Of a stretch of DNA of 64,000 nt, positions 16,615 through 35,496 are shown piece after piece. The notes under the pieces were generated by a model. It worked only from the letters and a program-made list of their open reading frames with translations. It ran no database searches and was not told the DNA's origin. The translations under genes and the position numbers were made by a program. This DNA is from the human T2T-CHM13v2.0 reference genome, Homo sapiens. How positions within the stretch are numbered: the first letter of the stretch is position 1; each line of letters opens with the position of its first letter. The stretch is taken from assembly GCF_009914755.1 (NCBI RefSeq), contig NC_060943.1. One strand, 5' to 3'.

Positions 16615-17019
16615 TCATAGACAGTCCAGTGGCGTGATCTTAAAGTTATCAGGAACTTGTGTTCAAGAGTACTCGTCAGAGTATTTTCCATAAATCTTGA
16701 AGAAGAAGCAATTTTGAATGGTAGCTGATTGCAAATGCTTTGAGGAAGAATAAAAACAACTGTCTGTGAATGACAAAGATTGAAAATGACTATGGTTAAA
16801 ACTCTGAGGAGAGCTCATTATGATAAAGACACAGCCACATAGAAATTTAGTTACTTCTGTGGCATATGACATTATGACTGATAACATATTCGATTTCTAG
16901 GAAACTCATAATTTTTGGAACACTCATATCGGTAACATAACCGTAAATATAACTTAGAGAAGGTTTAGCACCACTTATCAATTGACAATGCTTTCCATGT
17001 AATTTAACATATCAAGTAA

Positions 17020-17502
<483 letters not shown>

Positions 17503-17544
17503 CTAAAGAACCATTGTTTTAGCCTCATGTGCTACCTATTAGAA

Positions 17545-17690
17545 CAGGAGTTCTCCATCCTGGTTACATGTTAGTAGCATCTGGGAAGGCTTAAAAATTA
17601 CCAATGCCTGGGTCCCACTCCAGATAGTAGGTAAGAATTTATGGATGGGGCTTGAGCATCATTTAAAAAAACATTTCTCAGTGATTCCAA
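17545..17690. mobile_element. MER5-like DNA transposon
   Basis: gttctccatcctggttacatgttag...atgcctgggtcccactccaga...gtgattccaatgtg. Confidence 0.6.
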
Positions 17691-17918
17691 TGTGTGGCTA
17701 TATTTCCCATCAGATTTCTCTGATTTCTTGTGGCATTCACTTTTTTCTATTTTGGTATTATGATTATTTTTCATATCTTATCTCCTGTCTTAGGCTGTAT
17801 GTTCTCTGGGGTAGGGATCTTGCCTTTTTCATTTCTGTATCTTTCATGAACACATGAATTGGTCATCAGGAAAAGGTTCTCAACCACACGTAGGCTGTGT
17901 CCTGAATCTCAGGTTCAC

Positions 17919-17967
17919 ACATTAATGCTAGAGTCGTTGTTCTCCATGAGGTCAGAGGTTGCTTGCT
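17919..17967 (-). pseudogene. Vestigial CEACAM1-type cytoplasmic C1 exon in CEACAM8 intron 5
   Basis: Minus strand AGCAAGCAACCTCTGACCTCATGGAGAACAACGACTCTAGC resembles the recalled CEACAM1 C1 exon GGCAAGCGACCAGCGTGATCTCACAGAGCACAAACCCTCAG; about 650 nt past the M-exon donor. Confidence 0.55.
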
Positions 17968-18659
17968 TTGAAGGGTATGTGGGCAACTCCACAGTTCAGA
18001 TAGTGGATGGGAGATTACCCTGTTTCTAGGCATAGCATTGGAACTAAGAATTCTATGTGTATATGGGGTAGATGCGCAGGGAAGTGTAGGAAGACAGTTC
18101 TAATTAGGATGGAGGAATTATACTAGGGAGTAGAGGGAATGGAAGTGAGAAGAATTAGTAAAGAGAAGAAATGTGAACTTATCAAATAGGCCAGAGTAGG
18201 CCTCTGAAGATTCTTGAGTAAGTGAGTGAACTAGATTTTAGGAAGGTAATGAGACAATCATATGCAAGGAAGATTTCAAATACTAGAGACAAGAAGTCAA
18301 GCAGGACTTCGAGCAGTTGTTGAGGTCTATGGGAATGGATAAAATGACACAAGTGAGAGATGTTAAGAAAGGATCAAAAGACTTTCATAGTGTATTGAAT
18401 CTGGGAAACAAATGAGCAGAGGCTGGGAATAATCACATCTAAGAGACAGTGGGGTACAGGGAGCATGCAGACCAGGGAAGAAGAGACCTGCAGGAATTAG
18501 TGCTGAGAAGCAGGAGTTTATTGGGAGGAGGAGGAGATCCATTCCCGGGATACAGGTCTCTCTCCCAAGCATGGCGGTCAGCCCTGCAGGAAACAGGACA
18601 AGAGGAAAGGCCATCATACCTGCCAGTCTTCTTGAAATGCAGAAACTACACCAGAGCTA

Positions 18660-18751
18660 CTATATCAGAGCCACCCTGGCCAGTACTCCAATCATGATGC
18701 TGACAGTGGCTCTAGCTGAGAGGCCAGGAGAACTTCCTTGTACTAAAGCAT
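18660..18751 (-). CDS. CEACAM8: CEACAM8 exon 5 coding part (M exon, GPI-anchor signal); exon continues to donor after 18620
   Basis: Acceptor AG at 18753-18752; DALVQGSSPGLSARATVSIMIGVLARVALI then TAG at 18662-18660, followed by a second TAG; donor CAG|GTATGA at 18619. Confidence 0.95.
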
Positions 18752-19089
18752 CTGTCATGGAAAGAAAAGAAGAGAAGGAATGAAGTTGATGCCATTTTAC
18801 AGTGGGGTACCCCAGGAACCAGCTCCTAGCATGAAGTAGTCTCTACTTGTTTTTTCAAGGAATACATTATTTTTGTGGGAAGGTTGCTGGGACGTGATTA
18901 GCCAACTATATTCTTGCAGGATTTTTTCCTCTCACCATGTTTCTAGGTTGACGATCAGTCTTCGGTCAATTTCATCCTGGCATTTCTTTACTCAGATATT
19001 TTGAAGGCTTTGTGATGTGAAAAAGCTGATTGCTATTTTATGTGTCATTAGAACTTTCCACCTTTTCATGGTTGCATCTTTTTCTCAGT

Positions 19090-19492
19090 GTCTTAGTTGT
19101 GGCAGGTCTCTATGGCAGGGAGCTGATTGACAGAAGGCCCAGGTCAGTGCATTCCAAATTGACCACCTCCTTTGCACAGAGACCTCTCTTCCCAGGGGCT
19201 CCCAGCAGGGGTATGGAAGCAAGCCCAGTTTTGTGAGACTCTGTTTAACTCTGATGGGTGACTAGTTGGAGGACGCCCCATCAGCCTTGCCTAAACTCAC
19301 TTAGAACTGCACTGCTATCTAAAACTTCTTTTTCTTTCTCCTTCACAGGAATCAAATCTGCATCGTGGTCTGAGGGCTCTCCCAGGTTCCTCTCACACCT
19401 GCCCCATTTTCCCTCACAGGTGTTTTTCCTAGTAAATTATCTTGCGTGTCTAATCTCATCTTGGTTGCATCTCAGTGGGTTAAAAACTAACA
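19090..19492 (+). mobile_element. LTR16-like ERVL LTR (paralogous copy about 56060-56482)
   Basis: ctccttcacaggaatcaaatctgcatcgtggtctgagggctctccc...taaattatcttgcgtgtctaatctcatcttgg. Confidence 0.55.
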
Positions 19493-20129
19493 TACCAGGT
19501 TTGATTCTTTGCACTTAGCTTTTTTTCTCTCTTTCACGTGTAACCAGTAACCATGTCCTCGTGTTTCCTGTGTTGCCTTTTTTTTATATGTGTGTGTATT
19601 TACCTAAGATACCTTTTACACACACACACACACACACACACAACCTTTTGCATCTGTTTCTTTATTTCTATTGGAACCATTTACTTTTGGCCCTCACCAG
19701 TCAACTCAGGCTGATGATTAATGCTATGTTAGCTACTGTTGAGGGGCAGCTCCTATGGGCCAGGCCCTGTGCTAAATACTTTACCTCATTTGATTTATAC
19801 AATAACTCTCTTGGGTAGAACATTATTTCCATTTTACAGATGAAACGACAGAGGCTTAGAGTGGTGAAAAAACTTTCCTGATGTCATATGGCTGGTGAGA
19901 AGTAGACTTGAGATTTGATTCTAGGACTACTCAGCTTCAAGCTAATGATAACAGTAGTAATATATCAGCTAAAATTTATGAAACATTTCCTCTGTGTGGG
20001 GCATTTTGCTGAAGGTTTCATTGATGATTACATAAAACTCTTAAAACAATGCTATGAAGCAAACACTGTTACTGCAATTTTCAGTTGAGGAATCAGAGGC
20101 TCAGAGAAGTTAAGAATCTTGTGCAAGAA

Positions 20130-23392
<3,263 letters not shown>

Positions 23393-24197
23393 CTGGCACT
23401 ACCCCTTCCCTCTCATGCAGAGACCCTGTGGCTGAATCTCCCTGTGTCTCCAAGTGTGCATCACTCACTGTCCTCTGTGTTGTATCCACAGCCTCATGCA
23501 GCCCGTGACTTCAGAGCTAGGACACTGCTCAGGAGTCTTCCCGGAGGCTCCCTGTCTTCCCATTTTTGTGCAGCCTGACTGGGGGGAGGCTTGGCTTCAA
23601 CTGGCAACTTGATTTAGCCAGATTTGGGATAGGCCACCTGAGCACCTTTTCCATACACCTGGGTCCCACCCCAGGTGGAGTCAGGGCAGGGCCTGTCACC
23701 AGGGAGCTGGGAGCAGAGATGGGAGCAGTCTGAGCTGCTCCTCCGTCATCCAAGGGGCTCCTCCTCCCATTTGGGGAACGTTGTGGGCTTGTTTCAAAGC
23801 CTTGGATGTTTCTTGCAGCTAATGGCATAGGTAAAAGAAAACAAAGGGGTAACAGAAACAGGGGTGCCATGTGTTGGTGACAAAGAAAAGCAACTTGACC
23901 TTGAGGACCCTCCTTCTTCCCCCTTGGTGAAGTCCTTTCCATGACATAGGGCTCTGGGGCTGACGAAGGCCCCTCTCCACGTTTCTCAGGTCAGCCCCGA
24001 GGTCAGCCAAGAGAAATCAGAAAAACAGGCAGAAGAGAGTCTATAGAGATAAACTGGGAGGGTTTAGGAGAAAAGTTGGGGATTTGCTTGTGCTGTTGGA
24101 CACAGGCTGGGAATAAAACTTTTTTTCTGGCTCATCTCTGAAAGCCAGATAGACTCTACCAGAAAACATACTGCCAGTGCTCCAGGGATCCACTTAC

Positions 24198-24452
24198 CAG
24201 AGACTGTGATCATCCTGACTGTGGTCCTGTTGCGGCCAGTGGCTGAGTTAGTGGTGTGGCAGGCATAGGATCCGCTGTTCTTTGTAGTGATGTTGGGGAT
24301 AAAGAGCTTTTGTGTGTATTGCTGGAATGTGCCATTGACAGACCAAGAATACTGTGAGGGTGGATTAGAGGCCGCATGGCAGGAGAGGTTGAGATTTACC
24401 CCTGCATGGTAATAGGTGTCTGAAGGGGAAATGGTGGGGGCATCTGGGCCAT
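24198..24452 (-). CDS. CEACAM8: CEACAM8 exon 4 (IgC2-like B domain), 255 nt
   Basis: Acceptor AG at 24454-24453; YGPDAPTISPSDTYYHAGVNLNLSCHAASNPPSQYSW...YACHTTNSATGRNRTTVRMITVS; donor G|GTAAGT. Missing from the ORF track and read by hand. Confidence 0.96.
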
Positions 24453-24757
24453 CTAGAGCAAAAGAATAAAGTCACAGGTGATGTCATCAGAGGGAAGGGG
24501 AAGCTCCTGGTCTGTGGAAGAGCCACAGTGTCCCTCTGAGCCAAGTCACAAACCTGAGCCAAGTCCCAACCAACCCCAACCAAACCCCCGCTGTTTCTAC
24601 TGAGACAGAGTCCGAGACATTTACCTGTTTCTCCCATCAGAAGATGTGGACTCCAAGTCTCCCATGACAGGAGCACCCCCTCCCCTCTTATTCTTGGTCA
24701 AGGCTAGGCCTACCCATGTTTGCCTGGGGCAGAAAGTCATGACGAGCTGGGTTTCTA

Positions 24758-25216
<459 letters not shown>

Positions 25217-26063
25217 TTAGAGTTGGCATCTCCCACCTCTCAGCCTACTCGAGTCCTTAAAAGCCCACGGTGGGTGTGTGTGTCACAAGACAGATGCACA
25301 ATGATCGGGGCTCAGAGACCATGAGGCCGCCTTCTCTGTGTGGGAGAAACACAGACTTTCTCAAATGTGAATTGGGCAGCAGCGCTGGGTTGTGGACAGA
25401 CCCAGGACTGGGAGTTACAGATCCTGGTGCCTCTTCTGGTCCCTCCCTGACCGGCTGCCTGCCTGGCCTACCTAGGGGTCCTCACCTGGAACATGTAGGT
25501 GCTGGGTCCCTTCCAGCTTCACAGTCCTACTTTGCCCTTCGAGGTGTGTTTTTGAGGGTTCTGTTTCCAAGAACATTCTAGAGATGGGAGATGATGGGAC
25601 ATGCCACTATCCTTAATTCCTGACTGGGTGTTTCAACAGAAATAACACAGGGGAGGCCGGGGCAAGCCTGGAGGTCGGTTCCGTCGTCAGGCAGTGGAGC
25701 CACAAGGTGGGGCAGTTTTTCCCAGGTGTTTCATCGTGACTTACTTGAGTCAGTGACCTCTAAAGATAGAGCAGAGTCCAAGGAATGATCTAGAAGGAGT
25801 GAAGGGGACAGGCAAGAACAGGTGGCTTTGGAGCAGAACCTTGTTTCCTTTCCTTGGTTTTTAATGTCCCTTCTTTCCCTGCGGGGGGCAGATGAGGAGC
25901 TGTGGATCCTCCCATAAATACATGTGGACATTTGCAAATGCAAACTGACGGGTGGGGAGGGGGAGCCTGAAGTGCTGGAAATTTGGCCCTCATGGACCGT
26001 GGGTGTTTGACAGTTATGAGAGAGAAATTTGGGAAGAAGTTTTGCAAATATTTTCTCCTACTG

Positions 26064-26290
26064 GACATTATACAGAGTGAAATAAGCCACTGACAGGACA
26101 GATACTGTAGGATTCCACTTACATGAGGTTCCTAGGGTAGTCACACTCATGGAATCACGTAGTAGAATGGTGGTTGCTATGGGCTGGGAGTGGGGGGAAT
26201 GGAGAGTTGTTCATGGGTCTGCAGTTTCAGTTACACAGGATGAGGAGGTTCTAGAGATCTGCTGTACAGCTTTGTGCCTATAGCTCATAT
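26064..26290 (+). mobile_element. L1M 3' end fragment in CEACAM8 intron 2
   Basis: gacattat...agtgaaataagcca...attccacttacatgagg...agtagaatggtggttgc...gtttcagtt...gttctagagatct. Confidence 0.65.
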
Positions 26291-26520
26291 ACAGTGAGTA
26301 TTTCTTATGCATAAGGCTTAGGGCCAAAAGTGTTTTGAATTTCTAACTTTTATAAATTTTTGAACATTTGCAGTATACTTACTGGTTTAGCATCTCAAAT
26401 CTGAAAATCCCAAATCCAAAATGCTCCAGTGAGCATTTCTTTTGAGAATCACGTTAGTGGCCAAAAAATGTGGAATTTTGGAGCATTTCAGATTTGGGAT
26501 TTTTGATGGTCAATGTGTAA
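26291..26520. mobile_element. Tigger4/MER46-like DNA transposon fragment
   Basis: Internal inverted motifs aaatcccaaatccaaaatgctcca and tggagcatttcagatttgggattt. Confidence 0.55.
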
Positions 26521-27736
26521 CTCTAATTTGCATTTTAAAATTTGTCAGGAGTTTAGATATTATGTTTTGACTATAGTCAAAAACAAAATTGGAGGAAACA
26601 TGAATTTTTTTCCATAAGTAGAAATTGCTATTAATTGTCCACAGATCTAAAATCAATTGGTGGAAGGAGTATTTCTCTTGATAACAAAATAAGGTTTAGG
26701 CGTCCTGTGAATTCCAGCAGGATCACATTATGCTCAAAGGAAGATCCTGAAGTTCGCTTGAAATTAGCAACTCCCAGGTAGAGGGAGGCACGTGAGTCCT
26801 GTTAAGAGGACAGAACCGGTCAGAGAGGAAGTCTTAGGTGTGTCAATTCCATAAAGGGAGGAACAATGCCAAATTAGGAGAAGCGATGTGTGTTATGTTA
26901 GTAAATTTAGAAAGCTTCCTGCCCCTAATTCCTATGCAGAGTTAGGCAAAATTGGGAGGAGCCCAAAACAGGTATGCGCAATGCTTTCTTCATTTTCTCT
27001 TGACCTCGGGAGACACAAGTAGAATTGGATTAGGTTTTTGCGAATTGGACAGAGTCTAAGTGAGACGCCAGTGGCTCATGCGTCTCCCCACCTGAAGGAC
27101 CCCATCTTATCACAATGGTGCCATCATGAGGACACAGATGTGTGTGGAACAGGCAGTAAGCCCATCAGACAGCACCTGCCTGGCCATCCAGGATCTAGTC
27201 TCTAAAGAGGTTTTGCATCATTCATTCTCTCATTCATTCCCTCTCCATGAGAGAACGATCGAGTGTGTGTCACATGTTGGGCCTGTCCTGGTGCAGGGTG
27301 TGAGTGGGGAGAGAAAGCAAAGTCCTCTCTTTTGTCCTCCCATGGGAGTGACAGCAACACATCAGGAAACAGGATTTCAGGTTCAGTGAGGGGGGTTAGG
27401 ATCTTAGAGGGAGCCTGGACATTCCTCGCACTGGCTCTGACAGTTGGGGCAGGTGATTTAGTTCTGGAGTACGAATGAATCAGTTGCTTATTTGCTCTCA
27501 CTTCTCTGAGCTTTGGATGCTCAGGAAGAAAGGATTTGAGCCAATGGATGACCATGGGGTCCGTGGAACGCAATAAGCCCTGCCTTCTTGTGGAAGAGAG
27601 GACGGGGCTGTGGCTGGAGAGAGACCTCATGTGACCCTGATCTATCCCTCGTGTTTGTGTGACCCTGGTTCAGTGACTGTGTCTTCCTGTGCCTCCGTTT
27701 CTTCTCAATAATAAGCTTCTATTAAAAGAAATAATA

Positions 27737-28061
<325 letters not shown>

Positions 28062-28949
28062 TCAATAGGAAAATGATATTTTCTGCCAGGTTTTCTATGA
28101 ATTAGCATTAAATTATCCATAGTCACCTGACCTGAAGCTTGCACAGAGGAGGCGCTCACACAAACAGCACGGGTTATTATTTGCCTCCATGAGAGGGTCC
28201 CCTTGGCATGATCCCTGCTGGACAAGTTGCTGTTAGGAACATCTTTCTTCTATTTCTGTCCCTGGGGACACTGAACTTTCTATGGAGTCTCCTAAGCCTC
28301 CCAGGCCAGTTGGCTGATGGCCTAAGAAGCTTGTCCATCTGTCCTCTCCACTCTGAGTCTCAGGTGAAGGACAAGACTCTGTCCTTGCCCAGATGAGGCT
28401 CTGGGGTCTAAGCCCTGGCTGGTGAGCAGCTCCAGGAGCCACAGCCCTTGGATGGCTGGTAAATCTTTGCTCCTAGTTGGCCCTGCCCAGGAGGCTACAA
28501 CCCAGTGCTGGCACAGGTTTCCCAGGGTTACCTGGAGTCAGGATCCTGGGACAGGGGTCTGGAGCAGGGGCTTCCAGGGATGAACTTCTCTGTGAGGATC
28601 CCAGGATCCCAGGGAGCCCCTCAGGTCAGGCCCTGACCCAGTTCTTTAGAGTTTTTCTCAGGGTCAGGTCCATGGGGAGGGCACGGGGTGCCTGGCTGAG
28701 TCTGATCTCCTTCTGCTGAGTCCCCCCATCAGACTGTCATTCCTCTGCCGTGAGTGTCTGCAGGGTCTGGATGCAGGAAAGGAATTCTGGTCTGTGGAAG
28801 TCTGTCTCCCCTGAGTGTGTCCTGCACTAAATGTCCAAACCCTAAAGTGGGATGTAATGCAGAGAGGGACATGGGCACAGCCCAGGCCTAACAATCCTGT
28901 GTGTGGGAAGTAGAACTGACCCCCAACACCCAGAGGTCATGGGGAATCA

Positions 28950-29333
<384 letters not shown>

Positions 29334-30178
29334 TCAAGCAATATTGCAACATATGTATTGGAGTAGAAAAATGGGGACATCAGCTTTGGAGTTTGTGTGT
29401 TTTTATGTGTGTGTATGTGTGTGTGTCCTACTGAGTCAATGTCAGCAGCACAGCCCCCATTTCTTCAACACCTCTGACCTTGGCATTTCCCTGGTGGAAT
29501 CCTCTTCTTCAGGGTTCTGCACGGCTCCCTCCACACTGCCCTCAGATCCTGCTCACATCAGGGCATCCTTGGGAGACCCTTTCTCTGACACCTCCTCTAG
29601 AGACACTGGGTCTTCCCTTTCTGACCTTTCCCTGCTGTGTTCCTTCCAGGGCTCCTGTCAGCGCCTGACCTCACATTCTAGATCTCTTTGTCTGTCTTCC
29701 TCCCCAGGAGAGTGTGAGCTCTGTGAGGGCAGGGACTTGTGTGGTGTTGGCTGCACCCCAGTGCCTGGGACAGGCTTCAGACTCCTGTGGATGAGTTCCT
29801 GAGCATTCCCTGGGCCCTCTGCTTCCTGAGGCTTATTTGCCAATGTCTGACATTGTTGGCTGAGGACAATGTTTCATACCCTGGTTATGCTTTATTTGAA
29901 GTGTCATCTGGTATGGTTATTATTATCATTTTTCAAAATGTAGTGGCCAGTGATGATTAACCAGGAATATGGAACACTTGAGATGTTCCTGCCTCTTACC
30001 AATTCCAGTTCAATGTGATTTTCCTGTTGTGACCCCTTCCCCTCTCTTGTGTCCTCTCCTCTATTAAGGCTCCAACAGAAGTCCTCTGTCCCCTCTCAGA
30101 GCCCCGTCCTCCCCAGGAGACCCCAGCCAGTCACTGTGTTTCCTCCTCCTGTCCTTTCCCAGGAAGTCCTCTCCTCAC

Positions 30179-30242
30179 CTGTGAGCAGGAGCCCCTGCCA
30201 GGGGATGCGCCATCTGCAGGAAGGGGCTGAGATGGGCCCCAT
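30179..30242 (-). CDS. CEACAM8: CEACAM8 exon 1 coding part (leader peptide)
   Basis: ATG at 30242-30240, MGPISAPSCRWRIPWQGLLLT, phase-1 donor G|GTGAG at 30178. Confidence 0.96.
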
Positions 30243-30340
30243 GGTCTCTGCTGCCTGCGTGTTCTCCTCTGTGGAGATGAGCCTGGGATCCAGAAACTTT
30301 CTGAGCACGGCTGTCAGCTGTGCTGTCCTTCCTCCTTTTG

Positions 30341-30620
30341 TGCTGAGCCTCTTCCCGGGGCAGGAGCACTTCTCAGGCTCATGGGCGGGGTCTGTGCCCA
30401 GGACACCTCTCTGTCCCCTCCCCTCTCAGTCCTGCCTCCCTGTCCCTCCTTTCCCTTTATTTTCTGTCTGTGTTTCAGGCCCCTGGGAATTGCTGAGGTC
30501 TCTGACTCCTTCAGCAGTGATTCTCTCACCCAACCTCTGCACACACTATGCAGACACACACACACAGAGACACACACATACACAAAGAGACACACACAGT
30601 CACACATACACCCTGGAGAC
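30341..30620 (-). promoter_or_regulatory. CEACAM8 proximal promoter (no obvious TATA; GC box at 30383-30390; CA-rich tract 30553-30611)
   Basis: Lies immediately upstream of exon 1; GGGCGGGG Sp1-type box; CEA-family promoters are generally TATA-less. Confidence 0.6.
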
Positions 30621-32073
30621 TGGGTGAGCACAGCCCTGTGCCCTCAGCATCCTGCAGCCTATGTCTCCAGGTCGGGGTGCACAGTCGCTCCCCCTGCCCT
30701 CTCCCATCCCCATCTGGCTCTTCCCTTCAGATCAGGAGGTCAGCGCTCCGCAAGGACCCTGTCACAGGGACACCACCACTGAGCTTTGGGGAGGTGTGTG
30801 CTCACTGGTGAGAGGGATCCTCCCCCTCTCTCATTGTGTCAAGCTTGGTTGCAGCTTCCAAGGATGGACATTCAATGCCCTGGATATCCCAGAGGGGACT
30901 GTCCTTACTGGTGGTGTGCAGGGCAAATAATCTCTTATGCCTCCTGAGAGAGAGGGCTGTTCTGGTTGGTCAGTGGGGGCTGTGGGCCTAGTGGTCATCA
31001 GGGACAGGTATCAGCCATTCTCTTGCTCTTTGGGTTCTGGCAGCTGAGCTGGGGCTCGGGCCTTCCATGTTCTCTCTGACCATCTTGGGTGTCCTCTGTT
31101 TTCGCCCGGCTGACTGTCCTGTGGTCACCCCACCTTCCCTATGGTTGGTGCAGCAGGAAGTGGGGAGTTGCCCAGGGGCCCCACAAGACAGTGCTCTCTG
31201 AGATCCAGGAGAGGGAGCCTGGGACAGAGCAGGGGCTCAGAGCTGGAGAGACTCATCCCAACTTACTCTGCAGCCAGGATGGGCTCAGCCCTCCCCATGC
31301 TGATATCCCCTGGGGTCTGTCCTAAGGGTTTGGACCTGGTCAGGCCCCTCTGTGTAGAGAAAGGATGGGCAGCGGCCGGGGAGCCCGTCTGGGGGGACGT
31401 TGCTCACACCTGAGAGGGCAGGTAGGGGTGGGCCATGTTCTGGGAACAAAGGGAGCTCATTCCTTGCCCCCCAGCTTGTGTACATGAGAGAGCGCTGTCC
31501 TCCCTCCTGGCTTCACGAAGGACAGCAGGGGGCAGGTGGCTACATCCCAGACAGTGCCTGGGCGTGACCATCACATACTCTCCGAGCCTCCTGGGGTGCA
31601 GAGGGAAGGTCATAGGGTGCCTGGCTGATTCCCCAGAGGCACTGTGGGCCCTCAGGCAGCTGTGGTTCTGTCAGCGCTGGGCTCAGCCTGCCATGCCGTA
31701 GAGAACAGGACACACGGAGCAGGGGCGGGTATTTAGGGAGCAGTCACAGAAAGAGTTGATGAGGATGGAGGGAGGTCACGAGGGGAAAGCGCCCAGTGTG
31801 GCATCCCGTGCACCAGCGCTGCCCTGGGAGATGCCTTAACTAGGCCCAGGGAAGGATTGGGTGTGTGGGGCAGGAGCTGCCTGCAGAGGGGGCGGCCTCA
31901 TGTTGCCGGCTGCCTGGCTGCAGGGAGGAGCTGACAGAGTCCGTATGGGGAGCTTGGAGGGTAAGGAGGACGTGGGCCGAGGTGCCCTGGTGAGGGTGGA
32001 CCCTGCTGGGCTGTGGGTTCCGCTGAGGGAGGTCAGCAGCCCCTGGGAAGGCTCCAGGCTGGAGGGACTCTGT

Positions 32074-32086
32074 CGCCCTCTGGTGG
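32074..32086 (-). promoter_or_regulatory. CTCF core motif (reverse), about 1.7 kb upstream of CEACAM8
   Basis: Minus strand CCACCAGAGGGCG; binding itself is not shown. Confidence 0.55.
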
Positions 32087-32189
32087 ACTGGAAGGGAAGT
32101 GTGGGTGGCCGCAGTCCCAGGTCCGGCTGCGTGTTTTATTCCACATGGATCTGCACATTTCACACGAGGTCACCCACATGTTATGTCGA

Positions 32190-33227
<1,038 letters not shown>

Positions 33228-33235
<8 letters not shown>

Positions 33236-33612
33236 TTTTTTTAAAAAATATATATTTTATTTACATAGGTTTTTTGGGGAACCGATTGGTATTTGGTTAC
33301 ATGAGTAAGTTCTTTAGTGGTGATTTTTGAGATTTTGGTGCACCCATCACCCAAGCAGTATACACTGAACCCAATTTGTAGTATTTTTTCCCTCACTCCC
33401 TTCCCACCCTTTTTACCTGAGTCCCCAAAATCCATTTTGTAATTCTTATGCCTTTACATCCTCATCACTTAGCTCCCACTTATGAATGAGAACATACGAT
33501 GTTTGGTTTTCCATTCCTGAGTCACTTCACTTAGAATAATAGTCTTCAATCCCATCCAGGTTGCTGAGGATGCCATTAATTCATTCCTTTTTATGGCTGA
33601 GTAGTATTCCAT

Positions 33613-33670
<58 letters not shown>

Positions 33671-35102
33671 CATACCAAGTTTCTTTATCCACTCATTGAT
33701 TGATGGACATTTTTGTTGGTTCCACATTTTTGCAATTGCAAATTGTGCTGCTATAAACATGCATGTGCAAGTATCTTTTTGTATAATGACTTCTTTTCTT
33801 CTGGGTAGATACCAAAAGTGGGATTGCTGGATCAAATGGTAGTTCTACTTTTAGTTCTTTAAGGAATCTCCACACTGGTTTCCATAATGGTTGCACTAGT
33901 TTACATTCCCACCAGCAGTGTAGAAGTGTTCCCTTTTCACAACATTCATACCAACATCTATTATTTTTTATTATGGCCATCGTTGCAGGAGAAAGGTGGT
34001 ATTGCATTGTGGTTTTGATTTGCATTCCCTGATTATTAGTGATGTTGAGTATTTTTATATGTTTATTGGCCATTTATATATCTTTCTTCAAGAATTGTCT
34101 ATGCATGTCCTTTGCCCACTTTTTGATGGGATTGTTTGTTTGTTTTTTCCTTGCTAATTTGATTGAGTTCATTATAGATTCTAGATATTAGTCCTTTGTC
34201 AGATGTATAGATTGTGAAGATTTTCTCCCACTCTGTGGGGTGTCTGTTTACTCTGCTGACTGTTCCTTTTGTCGTGCAAATGCTCTTTAGTTTAATTAAG
34301 TCCCAGCTATTTATCTTTGTTTTTATTGCATTTGCTTTTGGGTTGTCATGAACTCTTTCCTAAGCCAATGTCTAGAAGGGTTTTTCTGATGTTATCTTCT
34401 ATAATTTTTATAGTTTCAGGTCTTAGATTTAAGTCCTTATCAATCTTGAGTTGATTTTTGTATAAGGTGAGAGATGAGGATCCACTTTCATTCTTCTACA
34501 TGTGGCTTGTCAATTATTCCAGCACCATTTGTTGAATAGGGTGTCATTTTTCCACACTATGTTTTTGTTTGCTTTGTCAAAGATCAGTTGACTGTAAGTA
34601 TTTGGGTTTGTTTCTGGGTTCTCTGTTCTGTTCTATTGTTTCATCTGCCTATTTTTATACTAGTACCATGCTGTTTTGGTGACTATGGCTTTATAGTATA
34701 GTTTGGAATCAGGTAATGTGATGCCTCCAGATTTGTTCTTTTTGCTTAGTCTTGCTTTGGCTGTGTGGGCTCTTTTTGGTTCTATGTGAATTTTAGAATT
34801 TTTTTTTCTAGTTCTGTGAAGAATAATGGTGGTATTTTGATGGGAATTGCATTGGATTTGTAGATTGCTTTTGGCAGTATGGTCATTTTCACAATATTGA
34901 TTCTACCCATCCATGAGCATGGGATGTATTTCCATTTGTTTGTGTCATCTCTGATTTATTTCAGGAGTGTTTTGTAGTTTTCCTTGTAGAGATCTTTTAC
35001 CACCTTGGTTAGGTATATTGCTAAGTATTTTTTTCCAGTATTGTAAAAGGAGTTGAGTTCTTGATTTGATTCTCAGCCTGGTCACTGTTGGTGTATAGGA
35101 GA
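33228..35102 (-). mobile_element. L1PB1-like 3' fragment with internal (CA)n
   Basis: Characteristic antisense 3' end ggtatttggttacatgagtaagttctttagtggtgattt...; ORF2 C-terminal relic at 33693-34073. Confidence 0.85.
33616..33663. repeat. (CA)n microsatellite
   Basis: About 24 uninterrupted CA units. Confidence 0.95.
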
Positions 35103-35496
35103 ACTCCATCACATTCCAGACCCATGAGTCCGTCTCTGTGATTGCAAGTTCACTGCCCTGCCTCTTTCACAGTCAGATGTTCCAAATGCAGATTTTGTGT
35201 CACCTTCTGTGAGTTTGTGTTTGTGTGCAGTAGGTTGTACTGTGTATGCCCGGGGTGCAATGATGCCTTGAGCTGAGCACTGGGCAGGGGTTTGGGAGCA
35301 GAAGAGGGAGGTGCAGGGCGGGAATATCAATGTTAGGGGAGCAGGGGGAGCAGGGACAAATCATCTTCATTTCTTGTTGTCAGGGACAAATTCTGGGGCA
35401 CAGCACCTGGTTCTGGGGCACAGCAACCCACTGTTTGTGTTCCTGGGTGTTGTGAGTGCTCATAATTTCATGTGTCCTTGGCATCCATTTCTTAAG

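Noticed and set aside
30049-30627. 192-aa plus-strand ORF over the CEACAM8 promoter and exon 1 (also 29281-29802)
   Set aside because: Non-ATG start, low-complexity composition, antisense to the real exon, no recognisable domain.
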